From the NCBI GenBank assembly GCA_030390025.1, contig CM059431.1, positions 131,132,001 to 131,196,000 on the forward strand: 64,000 nucleotides of DNA, written 5' to 3'. Shown here in pieces: positions 37,593 to 49,791 of this stretch (positions are counted from its first letter, which is position 1; each line of letters starts with the position of its first letter). Under the pieces are notes generated by a model. That model was not told the origin of the DNA and ran no database searches. It was given only the letters and a program-made list of their open reading frames with translations. The DNA is from Squalus acanthias. Lineage: Eukaryota. Both the position numbers and the translations under genes were made by a program.

Positions 37593-37998
37593 GGGTCAGC
37601 CAGTGGCTCAGTTGGTAGCACCCTTGCCTCTGAGTCAGAAGGTTGTCCCACTCCAGGGTCAAAAATCTAGGCTGACACTCCAGTGCAGTACTGAGCGAGT
37701 GCTGCACTGTCAGAGGTGCCATCTTTCAGATGATGTTAAACCTCTCAGGTGGACGTGGCACTATTTCGAAAAAGAGCAGGGGAGTTATCCCTGGTGTCAT
37801 GGCCAATATTTATCCCTCAATCAACATCACAAAAACAGATTATCTGGTCATTATCACATTGCTGTTTGTGGGAGCTTGCTGTCCCCAAATTGGCTGCCGT
37901 GTTTCCTACATTACAACAGCGACTACATTTCAAAAAGTACTTTGGGACGCCTGGTGGTCGTGAAAGGCGCTGTATAAATGCAAGTCTTTCTTTCTTTT
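37593..37998 (+). mobile_element. DeuSINE (SacSINE1-like) inside Myb exon 2
   Basis: tRNA-like head, Deu domain and GGCGCTGTATAAATGCAAG-(TCTT)n tail. Confidence 0.88.
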
Positions 37999-38808
37999 AT
38001 CCCAGTTCACAAGTGCAGAGGAGGAGGCACTGGAGATAAGTGGAGTTTCGTTGTCCCTGGCAGTTGGAGATGGGAAGACGGGGACCTCCCAGCTATCTGA
38101 TGACACAACTAAACATCAGCAGCCCACATGGCATACAGCACTCAGTCATGTTGACTTGATTTCAACAGCAAGTGAAACAGGATCTTCTTCATAATGATAA
38201 GTTACAACATTCTTACCTTGCCAGTATTAATTCATATCTTTTATCTTCGACAGAGCCTTCATGCGTGCAGCAGAAGTCATTGGAGATTGCGGACGACAAT
38301 TCCTCAGAGAAGCTGAGTCCTTCTGAGAGTGCACTGTCACAGGACTCATGCTCACCATGCACCAGCTCAGATACTCGCACTTCGGTGGGTCCAGTTAGAC
38401 GGATAGTTGGGTTTTCACCTGGTGACTCACTTCACAAGTGAGCAAGAGCAGATGGTGGTGGCAGGTACAGCAGTGGACAGTCCACGTCGGAGGGTGCAGC
38501 CCCCTCTTAGCTCTGCTCAGCTGGACACAGATGCCATCGATGAAAAGGAGAATCATTGAGCTGCAGCAGAGAATGTGCGATGCACTGACAGGCCTTCCAA
38601 GCACACTGACCATGATTGCAGAGAGAATGGAGGAGCCCACTTTAAACATGAGTGGGTTGATATCGCAAGGCATTGCGGTGATGTATTCTTCCATGTGTAG
38701 AGTGGCCAGCTCCGTAGAACATCAAATGCTCCAATCAAATGAGTCCATGCATGCCTTGACCACGGCTGTGCAGACTCTGGATGACAACATGTCTGTCACC
38801 TTCTATAG

Positions 38809-39150
38809 AACGTGACTTGACATCGTTGCCGGTCTTTCCAGTTTTTAAAAATAAAAAAAATAAAAAACAAACACAAGAAACAAACACAAAAAATGGAGAG
38901 GATATGCAGCCAGCAGGTGTTCTGACGCGTTGGACCCCCTGGGACACATCTCATTGTCTTGGCTGTGCTCTTAGTGTGTCTTTGATGTAGGGAAAGATTT
39001 AATCTATGCATTTTCTCTGTGTTCTTATATTCTGTGAATTCTGATAGATTCTCTCACAGTAACTTTGCCTGACGAAGGGGCGACAGCTCCGAAAGCTTGT
39101 AATTTTTAATAAATCTGTTGGACTATAACCTGGTGTTGTGCGACTTCTCA
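38809..39150 (+). mobile_element. Penelope-like fragment with hammerhead motif (39065-39102) and ~240 bp of unassigned upstream sequence
   Basis: UUGC-CUGACGA-A-GGGGC-GACA-GCUCC-GAAAGCUU-GUAA; flanked by TCACCTT..ATAG near-duplication. Confidence 0.7.
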
Positions 39151-39381
39151 CCTTAAATAGGATGACAGATACCTTAGCCTTGGGCTTACAGGGCTGTACT
39201 GATCTGCACCAAAGTGCTTTCCAGCAGAGTGGTAGCAGTGAAATGCGGCTGGGCTATGAGAGGGATGATGGTGAAAGGGGACACGGAAGTGTGAACTCCA
39301 CTCAAAGCACTTCCACTTTTCACCCATTGCCTCCCACCAACCCCCCCCCCCCGCCCCCCCACCACCCACCTCCATCAGTAC

Positions 39382-41090
39382 TGTAGAATTCGCAATATAT
39401 CGCGATTTTATAAATAAGGAGAAAAACACATAGTTTCGTTCAAACAGCTTTTATTTCAGCAGAATGCTGTCAGGTTTTCAAAGTGGACACAAGCAGCTTG
39501 TAAAATGGCCGCCGCACCTCGTGGCGGAACATTCTAGACTTTTCGACAGGCAGACAAGATGGCGTTCCAATAAACATTTGTGCAAGATCGATTAAGACTC
39601 AGCACATTGAAGATAATACACGAGACATCATGGGTTTGCAGTATACACATAAATACTGAAATCGGTCTCCCAGGTACGAATGAAAGCTATTGTACCAAGT
39701 AATCAAGAGCCCATCCAAAGACATTAATATGTAAAATCCCAACGACTCTACGATGAGAGAGCCGTTAGCGGGTAGTTACAGAAAACACTTGGAAGCCCCA
39801 AAACCCCTCCAGGGAGAACACCGACCGATTAAACAATGGGAGAAATATTAACAGGTACTCAGACATTTACGAGTAGCCCCGAAACCCATTAAAACGGAGA
39901 TCACCCTATACAAGACATTTGAGCGCCAAACCCTAACAAAAGAAAAGACATTAAGGTTGGGCGGGAAACGGAAGATTTTGCACTATAATTACAAGCTCCA
40001 ACCGTCCATCTTTCTCTTACTCTCTTATCTTGCTGGTGTTCATCCTCGTGGCTGCTCCTGTGCTCTTGACTCGCCGTCTTGTTCCTGCTTGCCTCGTGTC
40101 TCTTTTCAAAAGACTGTTGAACTTTATGATCCGCTCGGATCTACCTCGTGTCGTGTCGCGAAGACCTGTGTAGAACTGGGCTCTGAAGCCTTGAAGCGGG
40201 CGCACCATCCCGATAAGTCGGTAAACGGTGTTGGAACCGAAGGCCCGAGATGAGATGAGATGAGATGAGATGAGATGAGAAGAGAAGAAGACCATACTTA
40301 TCGCCACGGTCAGTAAGCTCCGACCGCGCCTGTAGGTCAAATAGACACTTTCCTTGCCAGGAAGACTTCTTCGAATTTTACAGAACAGCCAGGAAGATTA
40401 CTTTTCGAATTTTATCGAACCGGTGTGAGGGCACAGGAAGACTCTTTTTTGAGTAGAGTCGGAACTCCGAGGACAACACAGATCTTCATGACAGCAGACG
40501 TTCCAGCCTGCTAGCCGGAGCAGAAACGAGTAAACAAGTGGGGCCAGGAGACCCCCTGATCGACACGTGGGCGCTGCGGTGAAAAACATCCGATCAGAGT
40601 TTTCGGAATTCTCCGAGTTATCACGAGTGGTGAGCATGAGTCTCGAATCCTACGAATCTAGCTTAGGACAGATATTGATAGGGGAGGGTTTTAAGTATTA
40701 AGGATAATTGTAATGTGTGCCCCCATTTACGATGTGTCGTTCGTTCCTCGTTTCCCCGAAATTAGTTACATAACTGCGTGTAAGATTGTACTGTCATTAA
40801 TCTGTGCGTATGACATGTATTTCGTAATCTTAAGTACTATGCAATAAAGATTTTCCATTTCGTACCATTCAACCGAGTCTACCTGAGTTTCATCTCCATT
40901 ACTGCTCTCGCATCTAAGTCCAGTGTCTAGAACCGTAAGGGCGAGTGGGTCGAACCACTCACAGGTGTGTCTAGTGCTCCCAGACTGGCTGGAGACCAGA
41001 ACAGGCAACAAGGCCTAAACCCGCACTAGCACCCGGGCTGCACAGAGCCACACAAATCTCACAGGCTGAGAGACATCAAAAACCCTTACA
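39382..41090 (+). mobile_element. Solo LTR, family 2 (1709 bp)
   Basis: TGTAG...TTACA termini; perfect TSD GTAC; AATAAA at ~40843; (GAGAT)n at ~40247-40280. Confidence 0.92.
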
Positions 41091-42601
41091 GTACCCAACA
41101 TGCTGCCTCGTCTCCCGATGGTGGTGCAGGTGGTGCAGTCTTTGGTGGGGCCCTCATGGGCTCCAAAACCCAGAGGACGTCGGCCAAGAGCATCTCAGCA
41201 GTCAGAGCAGGGATGTGAGCAGCCTCTACCTCTGCTCAAGCCAGAGATTGCACCACGTAGGAGCGGAAGGAAAAGGAAGAGGAAAGCTTTGTAGTTGCAC
41301 ATAAATGTTATTCTTTTTCACCTTTCCTGCTTTACCCATTCTTGGTTGCTGGGTGGCAAGTCACCTTTTAAGTTGTTTGATGATGATGGGAAGACTTGAA
41401 TTGACAGGGGCCAATGGGGGATGTGCAAGGGGTGGTTGGTTGCTTGCAGGATTGCTTTGTGTCAGTGGCATTGGGGTAAGGATGGGTAGGAAGAGTGGCC
41501 GTTGCATGTGTTTTTGACCTGGGTCGACTGGTGCAACCTTGGTGAACCTTGCATTAATAAGGGCATACCTGGCTTCCCGGGCAGCAACGTGAGCAGCTGG
41601 TTCTGCATTGCCCTCATCACCTTCCTCCTCCTCCTCGTCCTCCTCCTCGGAATCGCCAAAGAGGATCTGCGCTCTGCGCCTTGTTCCACCTGCAGGTCCA
41701 AACTTCATTGCTCAGCACACCATGACCATTCTGGACTCCTTGGCTGGTGCATACTGAGGGGTGCCTCCAGATTTGTCTAGGCACCTGAAGCATATCTTCA
41801 GCATGCCGAAGGGTTGTTCGATCGCACAACTGATGGTCATATGCCGTTTATTATAGCACTGCTGGTCTTCATTGGTCGGGTTTCTGATGGGTGTCATCAG
41901 CCAAGTTTGAAGTGGGCATCCCTTGTCTCCTAGCAGCCACCCCTTAAGTCTGATTGCAGGTCCGAAGACATCAGGGAGCTTGGACTGCCACAGGACAAAA
42001 GCAGCATGGCAGCTCCCCAGGAATATTGCGCATACCTGCATAAATATCTTTTTGCAGTTGCACACCAGCTACACATTGATGGAGTGGAAGCCCTTGCGGT
42101 TGACGAATACTCCTGGCTGTTCTGGGGGTGCCCAGCTTGCCACGTGTGCGCAGTCGATGACACCTGCACCTGTAGGAAGCCAGTCAGAGAGTGCCCGTTC
42201 ATTCTGACTGGCGTCATCACAGTCACCTGTCTTATCTATTTGTGGGCCGTCAACTGGGAGATCCTGGATATGTCTCCGGCAGAGCCCTGGAAAGACCTGG
42301 AGGCTAAAATGTTGAGGGTGGTGGATGCGCCGTTAACTTTAACTTTAAAAGTGAGTTGCAACATCGGTCCAATTGAGTGATTAGCATATGTTAATAGGCA
42401 ACCTGCCTTTATTATGGGATTATGCGCAAGCAGCCTAACGCGCTCGAGTTAAATGCAGAAGTCAATGGGTTGGATCCGGCTTCCTGACACGATCACATTT
42501 TTGCCGGTTTTAACCCCCTCACCCGCACACAAACCCATGCGCTCCTCCAGGTTAAAATCCCCCCCCCCCTCTGATAATAACTGTGAGGCGTGAAGGGAGC
42601 A

Positions 42602-43410
42602 GGGGAGAGATTTAGCGGGCAGAAAACCCGATAGTACGGGTTTCCCAGAAGTCCTTCCTAATTTAACGGTAGGACATGACTTTTAAAGATTTCTCTGTTT
42701 CCTGGCCGCTGCCAGCCAGATTGAGAGGCTGATTGGCTGTCGGGCGGGAATGCCTGCAAGCCACAGCTGGGGAGAAGTAATCGGGAAAGGGTCGGACATC
42801 GGGAGAAGGTCGGACATCGGGAGGGGAGCAGACGTCGGGAGGGGAGCAGACATGGGCGGGGTCTGATTGCAGAGGGCTTCCGATTGCGGGGAGGGGGGGA
42901 CGGTCCTATCGCGGGGGGCAGGGTCCCAGCACAGGGAGGGTCCTATCGCGGCTGGGGTCCGATCGCAATGGGATTGGACAATCGCGGGGTGGCGATCTGA
43001 TCACGGGGGTGGGGGGGTCCGAGCATGGGGGGAGCCCAATTGCTGGGGGTGCTGGACGGTCGTGGGGGGGGGGGGCGGGTGTCCAATCATGGGTTGGTTT
43101 ACAGGTAAGGTTGGTGGGCTAGGGGAAGCACTCCTGCTCCTCCTGGCCCACAAGTAGCGCTGGAAAGGCACTTACCGGTTCCATCCGGCCGATCTCGCCT
43201 CCCTTCTGCTGCCGGGTTTCCCGAGGCCCAGAAACCCGCCCGGCCAGCGTAAAATTTAAAATGGACCTAAAATGTGACAGGCTCATTACACTATTTAAAT
43301 TTGGGACCCGCCTCCGCAGAGCAGTTGCCTGTCCCCCAACCCGCCTCCGTTAAAGCTGGATGTGGGCGGGTTGGAGGTAGGTTCGCAATTTTATAATTTT
43401 TAACATGTCC
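42602..43410. mobile_element. Non-autonomous Harbinger-like element with GC-rich internal minisatellite
   Basis: Starts GGGGAGAGATTT; tandem GTCGGACATCGGGAG-type repeats; 43100-43400 homologous to 63110-63430. Confidence 0.55.
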
Positions 43411-44854
43411 TTGGCTCTTAATTTTTACTCTCAATTTGATTTCAATGACAAAGAAATGGGCAGTGTGTAAAATGTGTTACCAATTCGCTATCACCCATTT
43501 TGCGCTACCACTGAAGGCCAATTTCACCCCCAATATCTCTCATTTTACTGCTGATTGTTCTGCACTGTTACACACCCAACATTACTCTATACTGAAATAC
43601 TCATGAGAATACTGCTGAAGGATTTCATGTTATGTTACTGTCAATGAGATCTCCAAGGAAGGAAAAATGACCAGCATCAGCCAGCTGTGGAGCAGCACTG
43701 GCATACTTGTGGAGAACTTTTGCTCCCTGGACCATGGTAAAAGGTGGCATCATATGAAGAAAACATTGGTTAAAACAAATTGTGTTGAGCTGAATTCAAA
43801 TTCAAATGAACGTGATGTCCAAAATGCTGCTATTTTCTTATTTTTAAGTTGATAATAAAAGTTATTGCAAATAACATTCTGGTAGTGAATAGATCAGGAT
43901 ACTTAATACTGTATAACAAATAAGACATTGTGCAAACCAAATCCACTCCAATTTGTATTAAAAGTATTCTAAACAGACTCAGTAGCAGAATTTTCATCTC
44001 TGTCTTCTTATGTGAGTCCAACCAAATGTTGAACATGATAAAATTGCAGTGGAATTGATTCTGTTTGTCACAACTGTGCTGTTGCTAACATTCTGCTGTA
44101 AAAACTGCAAAGCCTTTAATGCACATTGGTGTTTAACAGGAGTTTCTGGTTTCAAGCAATACTAACAATGCAGTGTCTATAACAATAAATATATGCTTAT
44201 ACAAGTTCCAAGAAATCAATGATTTACAAACATAGTACAGCCACAAATATATTTCTTATCTGTGTCAAGAAAACTAGAATTAGACAGTAATTCACTGGTT
44301 CCATGGCTGTTGACCCATAACTGGTTCACTGTTAAGCTCGATGCTTCATCTACAAATATCTCCACTTAACCCCACATCCCCATGGTCTAATGTTACAGTT
44401 CTCACAAACACTCAAGGGTGAAAGTCCCACAGGAGTTCTCAAACCACCCGCTGTAACCTTGGTGGAGAATCTTCCAATGAAGTTACAGCAGAAGATTAGG
44501 AGAACCCCCACAGACATTAATGACGTCTGTTTCCTATTTTTTAATCAGCTTCTTATCCTACCCCAAGTTCTATCCTGGATTCCTGTAACTTTTATTTTAA
44601 GTAGAAGTCTTTCATGTGCACCTTTGTCAAAAGCTTCCAGAAAGTATTAAAAGATAATAGGGAAGCCTTAATTGAATCTGCACCCAGGTACACTGGTTTG
44701 CCTGAGTGCAGTGGAAATCAGAAAATCAGGCAGCTTAGAGCGTTCCCCTGTAAAGAAGACTGCTAGTTTTCCTTCCATTCATTTAAATGGAGAAAATTTG
44801 TGTCCAGTCCTTTACAGTGTGCATCCTGACCAGCCCAATTTTCCAATATACGCT

Positions 44855-45025
44855 ATATCTAGATTATCTCATTGTTATTTGTAGGAACTTGACGTATGCA
44901 AATTGCCTGCCGTGTTTGCCTACATAACAGTGACTACACTGAATAAAATCGATCATTGTCTGTCAAGTATTTGGGGGCATCTTGAGGATATGAAAGCCAC
45001 TACATAAATACAATTTCTTCTTTTA
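44855..45025 (+). mobile_element. Degenerate DeuSINE 3' part
   Basis: AGATTATCT...CAAATTG.CTGCCGTGTTT...CAGTGACTACAC...TAAATACAA, similar to the other SINE copies. Confidence 0.65.
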
Positions 45026-46526
45026 CTCTGTTACTAGTGGTAAGCTAACAGGCATGCAGTTGGCTGGACCCATTTTGCCACCATTATTATATATAGCACC
45101 TAAAGTGACGTCAGCACAAGGGAGGGAGCTGATTGGTGAGTAGCTGGTGAGTGGTTTTTTTCTCCAGATTAGATCAGGGACAAGTCTTAAGTTTATTTCT
45201 GGTAAGTTTAGATAAAAGTCTAATAAAGAGGTATTTACATTTTTTTCCAGTGATTTAGTGCTTAGTGCAAGTTAGTGTGTAGAAAAAGAAAGAAAACTTA
45301 CAATAAACTAGAAAGTAGATATAAATAATATAAATAATCTAGACTAAGATATGGCAGAGCAGGTTGTGCGTTTGGACTGCAGTATGTGGGAGTTTGTGGA
45401 CAGCAAGACTATCCCGAGTGAACACATCTGCACGAGATGTCTGTGTCAGCCAGTGGCTCAGTTGGTAGCACCATCGCCTCTGAGTCACAAGGGGGAGGAG
45501 TATCTGGACAGTTTACTCCAAACCTCGGTCACACCTTGTAGAGAGGTGCAGGTTCAGAATGGTGTTGGTGTGACCGATAGTGTGTAGAGCAAGGGTAACC
45601 CAGGTGAGATAGAGAACGAGGATCTGCAGAAACTGATCCTATTCAACAGGCACAATGTACTTGCTACCTGTGAGGAGAAGGATAAAGACTGTTGGAAGGA
45701 CAGCCAGAATGCAGACCATGGCACTTTGGCATAGGAGGCTGTCCAGAGGGGGCAGGAGGAGGAGGAGGAGCGTAATGTGGTAGTTGTAGGGGATTCAATA
45801 ATTAGGGTGACAGATAGCATCCTTTGTAAGCAAGATCTAGAGTCCCACATGGTATGTTGCCTACCTGGTGCCAGGTTGAGAGACATCTCGAACCGGCTTG
45901 AAAGGATATTGGAGAGGGAGGGGGAGGATCCAGTCATTGTTGCCCATGTTGGGACCAACAACATAGGGAAGAGTAGGCAAGAGGCCCTGTTTGGGGAGTA
46001 CCAGGAACGAGGAGCTAAATTAAAGAACAGGACCTCAAGGGTTATAATCTCTGGATTATTACCTGAGCCACGTGCAAATTGGCGTAGAGATAAGCTGATT
46101 AGGGAGGTGAACACGTGGCTAAAGGAGTGGTATGGGAAAGAGGGGTTCCATTTCATGGGGCACTGACACCTGTATTGGGACAGGAAGGAACTTTACCATT
46201 GGGACGGACTCCACCTGAACCGGTCTGGGACCAATGTCCTAGCGGAAAGGATAATAGGGTGATCACAAGGACTTTAAACTAGTAAATGGAGGGGAGGGCT
46301 CAGGTAGAAAATGTAGGACAAATAATAGTTTAAAAACAAACGAAAGGGAAAAGAGTAGTGCAACAGTCAGAAATTGTGCTTTAGGCACGACAGCTAAAGG
46401 GAAAACTAAAAGATGTAAAGTGATTAAACCAGGAGAGAGAAATAAGCAACATGTGAGTAAAACATCAGAGCTGAAGGACAGGCTAGGGTGTGTGGCCCAA
46501 AAAAGCATTCTTTATATAAACACAAG

Positions 46527-47143
46527 GGGGGAAAAATTGAGTCGCGCCCCCTTTGGGCAGCTAACTTCGGCGTGGCCCTACTTGTAGCGCCCCGAAAAAA
46601 TTAGCGCCCCCGTGGCCGAAATTCATCGGTAGCGCCCCAAGAGTGAAGCGGGGTGCTACTGGAAGCGCCCCACCTCCCTCTTGGGGCGCTGCGAGTGAAT
46701 ATCGCGCCGCGGTACTGCAGGCCTTCCTCCCCTTCTTAAAGGGAAGGGGCCTTGTGCAGTGCAACCCAAGGCCCAGCTGGGCCACCAGGGATCGGAGTGC
46801 CGGCAAAAGAGCCCAGCACTCAAGAGAAGTGTCGGGCTCACGGAGCGCAGTCGGCACTCCGCGGGGGGACTTCAGAGGAGGCCGGGGATGGCAGAGGGGG
46901 CAGGTGCTGGCAGGCGGCCAGCAACAAAAATGGCCACCCGGCACCTTCCCTTTAATTAGCGGCACCCAGTCGCAGGTAGGCCCCACTGACCCCGTCGGAC
47001 ATACCGTCCAGCGGTAAGTCAGGGAGCGCTACTGAAGATCGCGGCCGGGGCGCGAGCGGGGTGGGGCGCTAACGGTTACCGCCACCGCTAACCTCCCCGT
47101 TAGCGCCCTCTTAGGAGGCGCAAAGCAACCGAATTTTTAGGCC
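46527..47143. mobile_element. Harbinger-like MITE inside the CR1 ORF2 start
   Basis: GGGGGAAAAATT / AATTTTTAGGCC ends; AAG TSD whose removal restores ACA AGG AGT (T-R-S). Confidence 0.85.
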
Positions 47144-47226
47144 AAGGAGTATAAGGAATAAATTGAATGAACTGCAGGTGCAAATTCAACTTGGAGGGTA
47201 TGACATGGTAACCGTTACTGAGACAT

Positions 47227-47553
47227 GGGCCACGATTTCCACTACCTTGGCGGGTCTGGTGCGGCCGGGGTCGGTGGCGGGGTGCGACCCCGCTGCTGGC
47301 TCCAGCCGGCTCTGTAGAATAATTTTACCCTGATTGAGCTTGTTAAACCCGCCCAGCGTGTTTGCCGGCCAATTGAAGGAAGTGGGTCTGATGACATCAC
47401 TTGATGACGCGTCATCAGCTGGTTTCCTTAAAGGGACCATGCGCAAATTGATTTTGACAGTTGTGCTGTCAGTGTTCTGCAGCATTGAGGTGCTGCAAAC
47501 ACTGACAAGCACTGCATAGAGGTGCACGGCTGCACCCAGGCTCTCCCATGACT
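47227..47553 (+). mobile_element. Truncated Harbinger-like left end
   Basis: GGGCCACGATTT terminus with GC-rich subterminal region; breaks off into CR1 3' sequence. Confidence 0.55.
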
Positions 47554-48134
47554 GGGCACCACACCTTAGGGAGGATATATTGGTCTTGGAGGGAGTGCAG
47601 CGTAGTTTTACCAGAATGTTATCCGGACTCCAAAGGTTAAATTATGAGGAGAGATTATACAAATTAGAGTTGTATTCCCTGGAATTTAAAAGGGTGATGT
47701 GATTGAAGTTTTCAAGGTATTAAGGGGAACAGATAGGTTAGATAGAGAGAAACTATTTCCGCTGGCTGTTGAGTTTAGAGCTAGGGGGCTTAGTCTAAAA
47801 ATTAGAGCCAGACCTTTCAGGAGTGAAATTAGGAAACACTTCTACACACAAAGGGTGATAAAAGTTTGGAACTCTCTTCCGCAAACGGCAATTGATGCTA
47901 GATCAATTATTAATTTTAAATCTGAGATTGATAGATTTTTGTTAACCAAAGGTATTAAGAGATATGGGGCAAAGGCAGGTATATGGAGTTAGGTCGCAGA
48001 TTAGCTATGATCTCATCGAATGGCGGAACAGGCTCAAGGGGCTAAATGGCCTACTCCTGTTCCTATGTTCCTATATATGCACTAATTTTGTCTGGTTCTA
48101 GTTCTATGAAACTCCACCATTATTTACTGTTTTA

Positions 48135-48243
48135 AAAAAAAATCATTCGTGAGATGTGGGCATCAGTGGCAAGGCCAGCATTTATTGCCCATCCCTAGTT
48201 ATCCTCAGAAGGTGGTGGTGGGCTTTCTTCTTGACCCACTGCA
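48135..48243 (-). mobile_element. 3' tail of the tRNA-headed LINE family (or a derived SINE)
   Basis: Reverse complement of 17490-17600. Confidence 0.75.
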
Positions 48244-48526
48244 CTGCTAGTTCTAGAAAATATTTATTTAAATAGTAGGAAAATAAATGAAAGGTACTAA
48301 AGCCAATCCATAATGGTTATTTAGTTTAACAAGTTCACTTGAAATCTAACTGACAAATTGTTCTCTATTTATTAACTGTTGCAGTTAATATGATTTCAAA
48401 AATTCGCAAAAGAACTGCTTAGATTAAATAACTTCACCGATTTCCTCTCTTCTTCCAAAGACATTTACTCCTTGTGCGGTAGAGTTCCATAGGCACCGGT
48501 CACCCTCTGGCACCTCATCCAAGTGG

Positions 48527-49791
48527 TGTAAGGTTTCCAAAATTTGCAGATCCCCAAAACCTAAGGAAAAAGGACTTTGGAACTACCTCAGAGTGATAAT
48601 ATTGTATTTGAGCCTAACCTAAGAGACTGTAAGACCAAAAATCAAGTTTTGGCATTTTAAAAACATGTCTGGGCCTGTAAAGGAACAAAAGGTGGGGTCA
48701 ACCTCTGTAAAAGCAGTTTGGGTATTGCAGTTAATTGCAATGTCTGGGGAACCGGGATGACCTCACTCAAAGCCCCAGCAAGCATTAACATTTTGACAAT
48801 AAACCCGAGGAGAAGACAGTCCCACACAAAACAACAGGTCCCATCAAACCGATTACAGGACCCATTAAAGACATGCATAAAGCAAATATTCTATAGAAGT
48901 CCTAGGCCCAGTCAAGAAACCCAAAACATGAGGACAATTCAAACTCCGATTAAACAACAGATCGACAGGATGGAGCTATCCTGAAACCACTTCACACATT
49001 TACAAACCAGTTAACATGCTAGTAAAGTCGTTACTGTTAACGAGGCCTCAAATTGAAAGGCTGTTTTCTCATAGAAGCCAGCTCAGCAGGTAACAACAGT
49101 TGAAGTTCAACAGAAGGCAGTTCTGCAGTTTGGAGTTCAATTGAAAGCCTGTTTTCAGCAGAAGTCAGTGCTGGAGTTACAGAGTTCAGGAGAAGCAAGT
49201 TGGGCAGTTAAAGAAGACAGTTCAGTAAGAAGGGAGTTCTCCAGCACAACAGTTACAGTTCTGCAAGAAGGAAGTTCCACAGCTCGGAAGAAGACAGTTT
49301 AAACAGAGGCAGAGTTCAACAAAGAAGGCCAACAGCTCCAGAAGCAGGCCGACACGCAAGAAGAAACCAGAGCAACAGTTCCAGTGACCATCAGACAGCT
49401 CACAGCAACAAGGGCCTTATGAAACCTTTTACTCAAAAGACTCTAAACCCTAACTCTAAACTGTCAAGGATTTGTTTGGTGAGCATTATCCCTGGTTCTC
49501 CAGAGTCCAACCTAGCTAGTGAAGTGGGATTGGGAGGGGTGAAGTATTCTCCTAATGTTATTTCCCTCGCTTGTACCGAAGTGTCCCCGACTTTTAGAGT
49601 GTTAAGAGTGTTTGTGTTGTGTTTTACTTTCTTGAATAAAGATCGAAGTTCTTTCATCAAACTCAGTTGTCTGCTGCACCTTTTCATCACAACCCCCAAA
49701 TAAATCCAGAGTCTAGAACCAAGGGAGTGGGAGCGATTCGAACCGCTCAGAAGTCAGAGGTGAAGCTGACACAAAACCACCACCCCCTACG
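48527..49791 (+). mobile_element. Solo LTR, family 1 (1265 bp)
   Basis: TGTAAG...CTACG (CA changed to CG) with perfect TSD GTGG; homologous to 14312-15665. Confidence 0.92.

Larger units (their letters stand above)
36990..42569. mobile_element. Harbinger transposon: spliced Myb/SANT gene (+, ~37050-41290) and convergent transposase remnant (-, ~41540-42330)
   Basis: AWLEVAQEV...WIQCRKRFNDLTRSGK|GTGAGT; exon 2 EKRAQNTRERERTGG; transposase GVIDCAHV, GSCH, GWLLGDKGCP; right end AAAATCCCCC. Left end approximate. Confidence 0.8.
45100..48073 (+). mobile_element. CR1 LINE with 5' UTR, ORF1 (zinc finger plus SGNH esterase), ORF2 start and 3' end; central ORF2 deleted; two MITE insertions
   Basis: DCSMWE...HICTRC; VVGDSIIR, HVGTNN, DGLHL esterase blocks; YINT|RSIRNK..YDMVTVTETW; 3' ORF2 at 47553-47992 and CCTATGTT tail. 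Confidence 0.88.

Noticed and set aside
42785..43090. CRISPR-like repeat array
   Set aside because: Degenerate GC-rich tandem repeats without unique spacers, in eukaryotic transposon context.
14312..49791. One giant provirus bounded by the family-1 LTRs (or by family-2 LTRs, 32656-41090)
   Set aside because: Each LTR has its own TSD, and there is no gag/pol, primer-binding site or PPT between them.
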